Assembly: GCA_963741945.1 (NCBI GenBank)
Contig: CAVUKA010000003.1
Location: 96,001-160,000, forward strand
DNA length: 64,000 nt
Direction of reading: 5' to 3'
Source: an uncultured Gemmatimonadales bacterium
GTDB taxonomy: Bacteria > Gemmatimonadota > Gemmatimonadetes > Longimicrobiales > RSA9
Part shown: positions 30,717-39,852 of the stretch, one piece after another
How the letters are laid out: every line of letters starts with the position of its first letter
How positions within the stretch are numbered: the first letter of the stretch is position 1
The notes under the pieces: generated by a model
The model's database searches: none
The model's input: only the letters and a program-made list of their open reading frames with translations
What the model was told of the DNA's origin: nothing
Made by a program: the position numbers and the translations under genes

Positions 30717-30967
30717 GCTGCAGCGAAGATCATTGCAGCGCTTCGTCGCCCGTGTCCGCGCGGTCGCCTTAGCACGCGCGGAAACACCAGCGCGAGCAGC
30801 CAACGTCCGACAGGAGTCGCCATGCTTGCCGGCCACATGTGGCGACACGACATGGTCGCCTCCAGCACCAGCTGATCGCCACCGCCCGCCCGAAACCGGA
30901 CACCGGCAGCCCCGCCCCGCTCCTCTACCGCCGGCCGGCGCTGCCGCGTCGTTCAGACCCGCTCCAG

Positions 30968-31022
30968 TTGCACCGACGGCCTATCCTGCGTACGTTCGGC
31001 GTGTTTATCATACTCGTATGAT
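30968..31022 (+). promoter_or_regulatory. Putative sigma70 promoter and palindromic operator of the nor operon
   Basis: TTGCAC (30968-30973), 17 bp, TACGTT (30991-30996); perfect inverted repeat ATCATAC-tc-GTATGAT (31007-31022). Confidence 0.55.
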
Positions 31023-31046
31023 GTTTACCCGAACGCGGGAGTGGCC

Positions 31047-31169
31047 ATGGCCGCGGCTCGTAGCTTGATTCCCAGGATCCTCTCCATTGTGGTGTTCGCC
31101 GCCATGGCCAGCGCGCTCGGCTATGCGGCGTGGATTGCGCTCCGCTACATCGGCCAGATCGGTGTGTGA
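31047..31169 (+). CDS. 40-aa single-TM protein upstream of norC (below the ORF-track cutoff)
   Basis: GGGAG RBS; MAAARSLIPRILSIVVFAAMASALGYAAWIALRYIGQIGV; first ORF after the putative nor promoter. Confidence 0.6.
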   Translation: MAAARSLIPRILSIVVFAAMASALGYAAWIALRYIGQIGV

Positions 31170-31216
31170 GCCCACCGCTGGTTGACCGCCGCGTCCCCCC
31201 ACCTGCTGAACGGATC

Positions 31217-32033
31217 ATGACGAAACGCCATACGCGCCTGTTCTTTTTCGGCGGCACGCTCCTGTTCGCGCTGGTCTTCGGCGCGCTCACGTACAACAGC
31301 CATCAGCAGTTCCCGGAGCTGACGCACTCGAACCAGCTGACGCCGGCGGTCGCGGCGGGATTCGAGGTCTGGCATCGCTACGACTGTGTGAACTGCCACA
31401 CGTTGCTGGGGGAGGGCGCGTATTACGCGCCGGACCTGACCAACATCGCGTCGCAGCGGGGCGACGCGTACCTGACGGAGTTCCTGAAGGATCCCAGCCG
31501 GTTCTACTCGGAGGAGAAGGACCGGCGGCTGATGCCGACACTGGGGATGAGCGACCAGGAGATCGAGGAGGTCGTGGCCTTCCTGGGGTGGGTGGACAAG
31601 ATCGACACGAACGGCTGGCCGCCCCGTCCGTTGACGGTACGGGGCTCGGCAGTGCCCGGGAGTGATGTGGGGGGAGGGTCGCCGAGTGCGGCGTCGTCGG
31701 ACCCGGTGGCGCAGGGGGAGGCGCTGTTCGGCAGCTCGCCGCCGGGGTGCTTCACCTGCCATTCGACCACGAAGGGCGTGAACATCGTGGGCCCCTCGCT
31801 GGCGGGGATCGCGTCGAAGGCCGCCGAGGCCGTGCAGGAAGCCCGATTACACCGGTTCGGCGACGACGGCGGCGGGCTACATCCGGGAGTCGATCCTGCA
31901 CCCGAGCGCCTACCTCGTCCCGGGATCGAACTACTCGACCAACGGCATGTCGATGATGCCATCGAACTTCGGTGAACAGCTCGACTCGACGCAGGTGAAC
32001 CACCTGGTCCAGTACCTCCTGACCCTCAAGTAG
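31217..32033 (+). CDS. norC: Nitric oxide reductase subunit C, diheme form; one extra base near 31838 shifts the frame
   Basis: N-terminal TM; CVNCHTLLGEGAYYAPDLT, RLMP; second heme CFTCH; the shifted frame continues KPDYTGSATTAAGYIRESILHPSAYLVPG...MSMMP...LLTLK* to 32033. Confidence 0.88.
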
Positions 32034-32045
32034 AGAGAGAAGACC

Positions 32046-33413
32046 GTGCGCTACCGCAGTCAGGCCGTTTCGTACTGGTACTTCGTCGTCGCGCTCCTCC
32101 TCTTCGGGCTGCAGATGGTGTTCGGTCTGCTGTCGGCGGTGAAGTACCTGGGACCCGACCCCCTGCTCCACGTGCTCCCCTTCGACGTGACGAAGGAGAT
32201 GCACACGAACCTTCTGATCGTGTGGGTCCTGACCGGGTTCATGGGATCGGCGTTCTTCCTGGTCCCGGAGGAGTCGCGGACCGAGCTGTACAGCCCCCGG
32301 CTCGCCTATATCCAGCTGGGCATATGGACCGCGGGTGGTGTGGCCATCCTGACCGGCTACCTCTTCGGTTGGACGGCCGGGAACAAGTTCCTGGAGCAGC
32401 CGTTCCCGCTCAAGCTGGTGATCGTGGCCGTCATGCTGATGTTCATGTACAACCTGGGCATGACCATCTGGAAAGCGGGCCGCTGGACCACCACGGAAGC
32501 GGTGATGGTGGCGGGGCTCGTTTTCTCGGCGCTGCTCTATCTGCCCTCCCTGTTCACGTTCCACAACCTGACCGTCCAGCTTTTCTATCGCTGGTGGACG
32601 GTGCACCTGTGGGTGGAAGGTGTGTGGGAGATGATCCAGGGCGGTCTCCTGGCCTACCTGCTGATCCGCCTGTCCGGCGCGGACAGGGAGGTCATGGAGA
32701 AGTGGCTGTACGTGATCGTGGGGCTCACCTTCATCGCCGGCATTCTCGGCACGGCCCACCATTACTACTGGCTCGGCGTTCCCCATTACTGGCTTCCCAT
32801 CGGCGGGATCTTCAGCGCGCTGGAGCCGCTGGCATTCCTCGGCATGGCCGCATACGCATACGGGGCCATGCGCCGGAGCGGATTCTCCCATCCCAACCGG
32901 CTCGCGGTCCACTGGACGGTGGGCAGTGCCATCTTCTCGGCACTGGGCGCCGGCATTCTGGGGCTGGCCCACACGTGGCCCGCGGTGAACAAGTGGACGC
33001 ACGGCACCCAGATCACGCCCATGCACGGGCACATGGCGTTCTTCGGCGCCTACGTCATGATCGTGCTGGCGCTCATCACCTATGCCATGCCGTCTCTCAC
33101 CGGCCGCGCGGAAGAGGATTCCTACAACGCTGTGGGCGTCTGGGCGTTCTGGCTCCAGGTGGCAGGAATGTTCGGCATGACCATGGCCTTCGCGGCCGCC
33201 GGCGTCGCGCAGACCTACCTCGAGCGGATCATCGGCATCGGCTTCCTCCCGACGCAGGACAAGATCCGGGTACACTTCCTCATGCTCGTGGGCACGGGCA
33301 CGATCTTCGTCATCGGGGTGGCGCTGTACCTGTACGACTTCTTCTTCCTCAGCGGGTCGCTCAAGGCGGCGCCCGCGGATGAGCCGGAGCCCGAGCCGGT
33401 GACGGCGGCATGA
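32046..33413 (+). CDS. norB: Nitric oxide reductase subunit B (cNOR)
   Basis: [54 protein letters not shown]. Confidence 0.96.
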   Translation: MRYRSQAVSYWYFVVALLLFGLQMVFGLLSAVKYLGPDPLLHVLPFDVTKEMHTNLLIVWVLTGFMGSAFFLVPEESRTELYSPRLAYIQLGIWTAGGVAILTGYLFGWTAGNKFLEQPFPLKLVIVAVMLMFMYNLGMTIWKAGRWTTTEAVMVAGLVFSALLYLPSLFTFHNLTVQLFYRWWTVHLWVEGVWEMIQGGLLAYLLIRLSGADREVMEKWLYVIVGLTFIAGILGTAHHYYWLGVPHYWLPIGGIFSALEPLAFLGMAAYAYGAMRRSGFSHPNRLAVHWTVGSAIFSALGAGILGLAHTWPAVNKWTHGTQITPMHGHMAFFGAYVMIVLALITYAMPSLTGRAEEDSYNAVGVWAFWLQVAGMFGMTMAFAAAGVAQTYLERIIGIGFLPTQDKIRVHFLMLVGTGTIFVIGVALYLYDFFFLSGSLKAAPADEPEPEPVTAA

Positions 33414-34312
33414 AGGCGGCCGCGAACGGGACCGCCGCCCGCAACGGAAGCCGGCGTGGGGATCAGCGTTCCGATGGCGCAGGGGAGCAGGCCGGGCGCC
33501 GGGCGGGGGAAGCGATCGGTGGCCTGCGCTGGCCGGGTGAGGGGGCGCCCTACTATGAAGCGGTGGGCGATGAGGTCGCCATCTTCGAGAGAGCGCACGA
33601 GCAGGGGCTGGCGGTGATGCTCAAGGGGCCCACGGGGTGCGGCAAGACCCGCTTCGTGGAGCACATGGCATGGCGGCTGAAGCGGCCGCTGGTCACCGTC
33701 GCCTGTCATGACGACCTGTCGGCCAGTGACCTCACCGGCCGCTTCCTGGTCCGCGATGGGGAGACGGTGTGGCAGGACGGTCCGCTCACGCGCGCAGTCC
33801 GGCAAGGCGCCATCTGCTACCTGGACGAGGTGGTGGAGGCGCGTCAGGACACCGTCGTGGTGATCCATCCGCTGACCGATGACCGACGGATGCTGCCGCT
33901 GGACCGGACGGGCGAGATCCTCGACGCCGCGCCCGGCTTTCAGCTGGTGATCTCCTACAATCCGGGGTACCAGCACCTGCTGAAGGACCTGAAGGCCAGC
34001 ACCCGCCAGCGTTTCGTCTCGCTCCAGTTCGACTTTCCCCCGCCCGAGGTGGAGCGCCGGGTCGTACAGCGAGAGGCGGGAGTGGATCGGGCCACCGCCA
34101 CGATGCTCGTGCAGCTGGCCACGCGCATCCGCAGCCTACGGGATCGAGGACTGGCGGAGGTGCCGAGCAGTCGGCTGCTGGTGGCGACCGGTCGCCTGAT
34201 CGCGGCCGGCATCGAACCTCGCACCGCCTGTGCGGTCGCACTGGTCGCGCCGCTCTCCGATGACCCCGACCTGCTCGCGGCCATGGACGACGTCGTCGTC
34301 GCCAGCCTCTGA
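33410..34312 (+). CDS. norQ: NorQ/CbbQ/NirQ AAA+ ATPase
   Basis: [46 protein letters not shown]. Confidence 0.95.
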   Translation: MKAAANGTAARNGSRRGDQRSDGAGEQAGRRAGEAIGGLRWPGEGAPYYEAVGDEVAIFERAHEQGLAVMLKGPTGCGKTRFVEHMAWRLKRPLVTVACHDDLSASDLTGRFLVRDGETVWQDGPLTRAVRQGAICYLDEVVEARQDTVVVIHPLTDDRRMLPLDRTGEILDAAPGFQLVISYNPGYQHLLKDLKASTRQRFVSLQFDFPPPEVERRVVQREAGVDRATATMLVQLATRIRSLRDRGLAEVPSSRLLVATGRLIAAGIEPRTACAVALVAPLSDDPDLLAAMDDVVVASL

Positions 34313-34327
34313 GCCCGGGACCGGCGA

Positions 34328-36334
34328 GTGTCCGAGCCCGAAGAAGTCATCATCGAGGCCGCCCACGCGGTTACGGGCGTCGCCGCCCGCGTCTGGCGGA
34401 GTCAATCGCGGCTGGCGCGGCCGGATTCGCTGCGCCTCGAGGACGTGCGCAGCCGGCTCGAGGTGGTGCTCCACGCCCTCTTCCGTCACCCGTTCCATCT
34501 CGAGCCCGCTGAGCCCCCGCTGGCGCCCAACCTCTTCCGCCGCATCGCCGGCCGCATCCCGCACCACCTGGCCCGCCCGGCTCTCGTGGCCTGGAATGAT
34601 GGTGACCGGCTGGCGCTGCCGCCCGAGATCCCCCGCCGTGCCCCGGGCTCCGATGCACCGCTCGCCCGCTATCGGCTCCTCGCCATCCAGCAGGCGGCGA
34701 GGATCCGGCGGGGGACCGCTGCCGTGGCGACCCGGGCTCCTTCCCTGCTCACCCGGGACCTCTTCCTCCTGGCCGAGGCGCGGGCTGTCGACCTCGCCCT
34801 CGCCCGCGACTTCCCCGGCCTCCTCGGCGGCCTGGATGCCGCCCGCAGCGCCAGCGCCCGACAGATCGCCAGCGAGCGTGCGGCCGCGCTCTCCGCTCCC
34901 GAGCAGTGGCTCCGCCAGCTCAGAGGCGAGGTCCTGTCGAAGGACGCCGCCGACCCGGACGGCCCCATCCCCGTGCTCGCTTCGCCGGAGGAGGCGCTGC
35001 ACTGGGCCCTGGACCACACCGCCCGGGCCCCTGACCCCGACGACTATCGCGGGCTCCCCGCCGTTCCGATCTGGGGTGATGTCCGCGCGCCGTCCTCGAT
35101 CCGGGGAGAGCCGGGCGAAGCCTCGCCCGAGGGCGCCGCGTCGAAGCGCACGACCACGCTCCGACGCCGGCCGCAGGTCCGCCCGGCCCGCCCCGACGAG
35201 GATGACGAGCGTCCCGGCATTTGGGGCTTCCCGCACGATGACCCCCAGGAGAGCGTCGAGGATCCCATGGGCCTCCAGCGCCCGGCAGACCGTGACGCCG
35301 ACGCCGACACCGACGACCTCGCCGATGCGTTCTCCGACCTCCCGGAGGCACGCCTCATCCGCACGCCGGGCGAGCCCGCCGAGGTGCTCCGCGGTCCGGC
35401 GCCGCTGCGGCTGCTCCGTGACGCCGCCCGGACGCCGGCGGCCACCGGCGTCGCATACCCCGAGTGGGACTACCGCGAGGAATCCTACGTGGAGCCGGGC
35501 GCTGTGGTCCGCATCCGGGACGCGGGTGAGATCGACGCGGATTGGGCCGCCTCCGCCCTGCACCGGCAGCGGCGGCTGCTGCTGCAGGTCCGACGCCGCT
35601 TCGAGCGCCTGCGCCTCGAGCGCGTCCATATCGACCGGCAGCCCGACGGCCCGGACGTCGACATCGCCGCGTACGTCCGCGCATTCGCCGATCAGGCGGC
35701 CGGCGGCGTGGTCGACGACCGGTTCTACCGCGACGTCCGCCGATCGCGACGCGAGCTGGCGCTCATGCTCCTCGTGGACGTGAGCGCGTCCACCGATTCA
35801 TGGGTGAGCGGGGGCCAGCGCATCATCGACGTGGAGAAGGACTCCCTCCTCCTGGTGGCGGAGGCGCTCTCCGCCCTGCGCGAGCGTTTCGCCATCCTCT
35901 CCTTCTCCGGCGCGGGCCCCGAGCACGTGGTGGTGCGTCGGATCCAGGATTTCGACGAGCCCACCGGCGAGGCCGTCCATGCCCGCATCGGTGGACTTCA
36001 CCCCGAGCGCTTCACGCGCGTGGGCGCGGCTCTCCGCCACGCTACCGCCCGCTTGAGTCGGGAGCCGGCACGGCATCGTGTCCTCCTGCTCATCTCCGAC
36101 GGCAAGCCCAACGACGACGATGTCTACGAGACCCGCTACGGCGTCGAGGACACCCGCCAGGCCGTGGCCGAGGCTCGCCTCCAGGGCATCCACCCGTTCT
36201 GCATCACCGTGGACCGCGACGCCTCCGCCTATCTGCCGCGCATGTTTGGGCCCGACAGCTACGCCGTCATCCGGCATCCCGCCCGCCTCCCGCACATCCT
36301 GGTCGACTTCGTCCGCCAGCTCCACACGCGCTGA
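34328..36334 (+). CDS. norD: NorD/CbbO von Willebrand A domain protein
   Basis: YPEWDYR, MIDAS motif DVSAST, FTRVGAALRHA, LISDGKPND, GVEDTRQAV. Confidence 0.92.
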   Translation: MSEPEEVIIEAAHAVTGVAARVWRSQSRLARPDSLRLEDVRSRLEVVLHALFRHPFHLEPAEPPLAPNLFRRIAGRIPHHLARPALVAWNDGDRLALPPEIPRRAPGSDAPLARYRLLAIQQAARIRRGTAAVATRAPSLLTRDLFLLAEARAVDLALARDFPGLLGGLDAARSASARQIASERAAALSAPEQWLRQLRGEVLSKDAADPDGPIPVLASPEEALHWALDHTARAPDPDDYRGLPAVPIWGDVRAPSSIRGEPGEASPEGAASKRTTTLRRRPQVRPARPDEDDERPGIWGFPHDDPQESVEDPMGLQRPADRDADADTDDLADAFSDLPEARLIRTPGEPAEVLRGPAPLRLLRDAARTPAATGVAYPEWDYREESYVEPGAVVRIRDAGEIDADWAASALHRQRRLLLQVRRRFERLRLERVHIDRQPDGPDVDIAAYVRAFADQAAGGVVDDRFYRDVRRSRRELALMLLVDVSASTDSWVSGGQRIIDVEKDSLLLVAEALSALRERFAILSFSGAGPEHVVVRRIQDFDEPTGEAVHARIGGLHPERFTRVGAALRHATARLSREPARHRVLLLISDGKPNDDDVYETRYGVEDTRQAVAEARLQGIHPFCITVDRDASAYLPRMFGPDSYAVIRHPARLPHILVDFVRQLHTR

Positions 36335-36511
36335 CCCCGCCACCCTGACGGGCCCGGCCGTTGCCCCCTCCGCGCCGCTGCGCGCTCGGAATGGAACTTG
36401 CCCCCTCCGTAGCCGGACGAGCGGGCACCGACTCCCCCACCAGATCGCCGACGGGCAGGGCGGGAAGCCGGGCTCGCGACCCCGTGGATCCTCGGGTGGA
36501 GGCGGACCGTC

Positions 36512-36898
36512 ATGGCACGTGCAGTCGGATCGAAGGTCTGGGCGATCGCGGAAGGATACATTCCCGACTGGAGCAACGGGCCCGAGCCCCAGATGACCTC
36601 GCACGAGACCGCCTGCCTCCTCAACACCACCGACCACGACGCCGAAGTCCGGATCACCCTCTACTTCTCCGATCGGGAGCCCGTCGGGCCGTACATCATC
36701 CCGCTCCCCGCCCGGCGAACGAAGCACGTCCGCTTCAACGAGCTGGAAGAGCCGGAGCCGGTCCCCCGCGCCACGGACTACGCCAGCGTCATCGAATCCG
36801 ATGTGCCGATCGTCGTCCAGCACTCCCGGTTGGACTCCCGCCAGGCCGAGAACGCCCTGCTCAGCACCATCGCATACGCCGACTCGAACCCCACATAG
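36512..36898 (+). CDS. Anabaena sensory rhodopsin transducer (ASRT) family protein
   Basis: WAIAEGYIP, SHETACLLN, YFSDREPVGPY, ARRTKHVRFN, SDVPIVVQHSRLDSRQ; GGAGG RBS. Confidence 0.88.
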   Translation: MARAVGSKVWAIAEGYIPDWSNGPEPQMTSHETACLLNTTDHDAEVRITLYFSDREPVGPYIIPLPARRTKHVRFNELEEPEPVPRATDYASVIESDVPIVVQHSRLDSRQAENALLSTIAYADSNPT

Positions 36899-36902
36899 CG
36901 CC

Positions 36903-38723
36903 ATGAGCCAGACTGTCGCCGATTTCATGCTCGAACGTCTCCACGAATGGGGCATCAGCCGCATCTACGGCTTCCCCGGAGATGGCATCAACGGGATCAT
37001 GGGCGCCCTCGAGCGCGCCGAAGGGACGGAGCGCGAGATGGAGTTCGTCCAGGCGCGCCACGAGGAGCTCGCCGCGTTCATGGCGTGCGCCCACTCCAAG
37101 TTTTCCGGCGAGGTGGGCGTCTGCCTCGCCACCTCGGGGCCCGGCGCCATCCACCTCCTGAACGGGCTCTACGATGCCAACATGGACCACCAGTCGGTGG
37201 TGGCCATCGTCGGCCAGCAGGACAGCAAGGCGCTGGGCGGGGACTACCAGCAGGAGGTCGATCTGGGCGTCCTGTTCAAGGACGTGTCCCATCATTACGT
37301 CCACACATGCGCCAACCCCGCGCAGATGCGGCACCTGGTGGACCGCGCCGTGCGCATCGCGAAAGCCGAGCGCACCGTTACCACGATCATCATCCCGAAC
37401 GACGTCCAGGAGATGCCGGCCGTGCCGACACCCCCACGACAGCACGGCACCGTCCATTCCGGCGTGGGCTACCGCTTCCCGCGCGTGGTCCCGGAGAGCG
37501 ATGATCTCCAGGAGGCGGCGAACATCCTGAACGGGGCGGAGAAGGTGGCCATCCTCGTCGGCGCCGGTGCGCTCGGCGCCACGGAGGAGGTCATGCAGGT
37601 CGCGAACGTGCTCGGGGCCGGCGTGGCGAAGGCGCTCCTCGGAAAGGCCGTCCTCGACGACTCGCTCCCCTACGTCACCGGCTCCATCGGCCTCCTCGGC
37701 ACGCGCCCGAGCTGGAACCTCATGAGCGACTGCGATGGGCTCCTGGTCATCGGCTCCAGCTTCCCCTACTCCGAGTTCCTGCCGAAGGAGGGCCAGGCGA
37801 AGGCGGTCCAGATCGACATCGAGCCGCGCATGCTCGGCCTCCGCTATCCCATGGACGTCAACCTTCACGGCGACGCCAGGGCCACGCTCCAGGAGCTCAT
37901 CCCGCTCCTCGAGGAGAAGGGCGACCGGAGCTGGCGCAAGAAGATCGAGGAGGACGTCGCCGATTGGTGGAACGTGCTGGACGAACGCGCCCGGCGCGAC
38001 GCCGACCCCATCAACCCGCAGCGCGTCTTCTGGGAGCTTTCGCCCAAGCTGCCGCGCGACGTCATCCTCGCCTCCGACTCCGGCTCCTCCGCCAACTGGT
38101 GGGCCCGTGACCTCAAGGTGAAGCCCTCCATGATGGCGTCGCTGTCCGGGAACCTGGCCACCATGGGGCCCGGCGTTCCCTACGTCATCGCCGCCAAGTT
38201 CGCCTGGCCCGGCCGCCCCGCCATCGCCATGGTCGGCGACGGGGCCATGCAGATGAACGGCATCAACGGCCTCATCACCATCGCCAAGTACTGGAAGAGC
38301 TGGGATGACCCGCGGCTCATCATCGGTGTCCTCAACAACCAGGACCTCAACCAGGTCACGTGGGAGCAGCGCGTCCTGGCCGGCGACGCCGAGTACCCCA
38401 TCACCCAGGACGTCCCCGACTTCCACTTCGCCGAGTACGCCCGCCAGCTGGGCCTCGGCGGCACCCGCGTGGAAACCCCCAACCGGATCGCCGATGCCTG
38501 GGACGAGGCGCTCAGCGCGGACCGCCCGTTTGTCGTAGAATTCGTGACGGACCCGAACGTGCCACCGCTGCCTCCGCACATCACGATCCAGCAGGCCCGG
38601 CACTTCTGGAAGTCGATGCTCAAGGGAGACCCGCACATGGTGGGCGTGTTCAAGCAGACGGCCAAGGACATGTTCTCCTCCGTCGCGGGACGCGTGCCCG
38701 GAGTGGGATCGAGCGACGAGTGA
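36903..38723 (+). CDS. Thiamine pyrophosphate-requiring enzyme (pyruvate oxidase/PoxB-like)
   Basis: GFPGDG, QARHEE, TSGPGAIHLLNGLYDA, TPP motif GDGAMQMNG...NN. Confidence 0.9.
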   Translation: MSQTVADFMLERLHEWGISRIYGFPGDGINGIMGALERAEGTEREMEFVQARHEELAAFMACAHSKFSGEVGVCLATSGPGAIHLLNGLYDANMDHQSVVAIVGQQDSKALGGDYQQEVDLGVLFKDVSHHYVHTCANPAQMRHLVDRAVRIAKAERTVTTIIIPNDVQEMPAVPTPPRQHGTVHSGVGYRFPRVVPESDDLQEAANILNGAEKVAILVGAGALGATEEVMQVANVLGAGVAKALLGKAVLDDSLPYVTGSIGLLGTRPSWNLMSDCDGLLVIGSSFPYSEFLPKEGQAKAVQIDIEPRMLGLRYPMDVNLHGDARATLQELIPLLEEKGDRSWRKKIEEDVADWWNVLDERARRDADPINPQRVFWELSPKLPRDVILASDSGSSANWWARDLKVKPSMMASLSGNLATMGPGVPYVIAAKFAWPGRPAIAMVGDGAMQMNGINGLITIAKYWKSWDDPRLIIGVLNNQDLNQVTWEQRVLAGDAEYPITQDVPDFHFAEYARQLGLGGTRVETPNRIADAWDEALSADRPFVVEFVTDPNVPPLPPHITIQQARHFWKSMLKGDPHMVGVFKQTAKDMFSSVAGRVPGVGSSDE

Positions 38724-39829
38724 CGCGCGCGGCCGGAGGCGTGCCCGTCCGGAGCGTTGAGGTGGGCGCCTACACCGTGCCCACCGACGCGCAGCCGGAG
38801 TCCGACGGAACCCTGGCGTGGGACTCCACGACCATCGTGGTCGTGCACGTCCACGCGGGCGACCGTGTGGGGATCGGCTATGTATACAACCACGCCGCAA
38901 CGGCGCGGGTGATCCGTGACAAGCTCGCGGGCATCGTCGAGGGGATGGACGCGCTGGACACCGGACGCTGCTGGGACGCCATGCGGGCGGCAGTCCGGAA
39001 CATGGGCAGTCGCGGCATCGCATCGGCGGCGTACTCGGCGCTGGACATGGCGCTCTGGGACGTCAAGGCCAAGCTCTTCGAGGTGGCGCTGGTTTCACTG
39101 CTCGGAGCCCGGCGCGACGCCGCCCCCATATACGGGAGTGGCGGCTTCACGTCCTACACCATCGAGCAGCTCCGCGACCAGCTCGGGCGATGGGTGCACG
39201 GGTCGGGGATCCCGCGGGTCAAGATGAAGATCGGCCGCGAGCCGTCGCAGGACCCGACGCGGGTGGCCGAGGCGCGGGACGCCATCGGCCCCGCCGCCGA
39301 GCTGTTCGTGGACGCCAATGGCGCGTACGACCGGCGTCAGGCGCTGGCGCTGGCCGCCCGCTTCGCGGAGCAGGACGTGACGTGGTTCGAGGAGCCCGTG
39401 AGCTCCGACGACCGGGACGGGCTCCGCTTCATCCGCGAGCGCACCCCGGCCGCCATGCGGGTCACCGCCGGCGAGTACGGCTGGAGCGAGTTCCACTTCC
39501 GCGACATGTTGCGGGACGGTGCCGTGGACGTGCTTCAGCCCGATGCCACCCGCTGCGGCGGGTACACCGGCTTCCTGCGCGTCGCGCACCTGTGCGCGGC
39601 CTGGAACACGCCCATCTCGGCCCACACGGCGCCCCAGATCCACGCCCACGTCGCGTGCGCGGCGCCCGGGCTCCTGCACCTGGAGTACTTCCACGACCAT
39701 GATCGGATCGAGCACATGTTCTTCGACGGCGTGCTCGAGCCGGAGGGCGGCGCGCTGCGCCCGGACCGATCCAGGCCTGGAAACGGACTGCACTTCAAGG
39801 GAGAGGACGCGGAGCGCTTCCGCGCCTGA
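38720..39829 (+). CDS. Mandelate racemase/muconate lactonising (enolase superfamily) enzyme
   Basis: PESDGT, DMALWD, KMKIG, VDANG, WFEEP, GEY, QPD, SAH; GTG overlaps the upstream stop. Confidence 0.88.
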   Translation: MTRAAGGVPVRSVEVGAYTVPTDAQPESDGTLAWDSTTIVVVHVHAGDRVGIGYVYNHAATARVIRDKLAGIVEGMDALDTGRCWDAMRAAVRNMGSRGIASAAYSALDMALWDVKAKLFEVALVSLLGARRDAAPIYGSGGFTSYTIEQLRDQLGRWVHGSGIPRVKMKIGREPSQDPTRVAEARDAIGPAAELFVDANGAYDRRQALALAARFAEQDVTWFEEPVSSDDRDGLRFIRERTPAAMRVTAGEYGWSEFHFRDMLRDGAVDVLQPDATRCGGYTGFLRVAHLCAAWNTPISAHTAPQIHAHVACAAPGLLHLEYFHDHDRIEHMFFDGVLEPEGGALRPDRSRPGNGLHFKGEDAERFRA

Positions 39830-39852
39830 GGCCAACATAGAAGGGACCTACC

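Noticed and set aside
30733-31068. 111-aa ORF between coxD and the nor genes
   Set aside because: Low-complexity, no RBS or motif, and it spans the putative promoter and operator.
29700-31845. Programmed ribosomal frameshifting in coxC or norC
   Set aside because: No slippery heptamer or homopolymer run at either site; an indel (error or mutation) is simpler.
36512-36898. Light-sensing system implied by the ASRT name
   Set aside because: No rhodopsin or retinal biosynthesis gene in the window; the context is metabolic.
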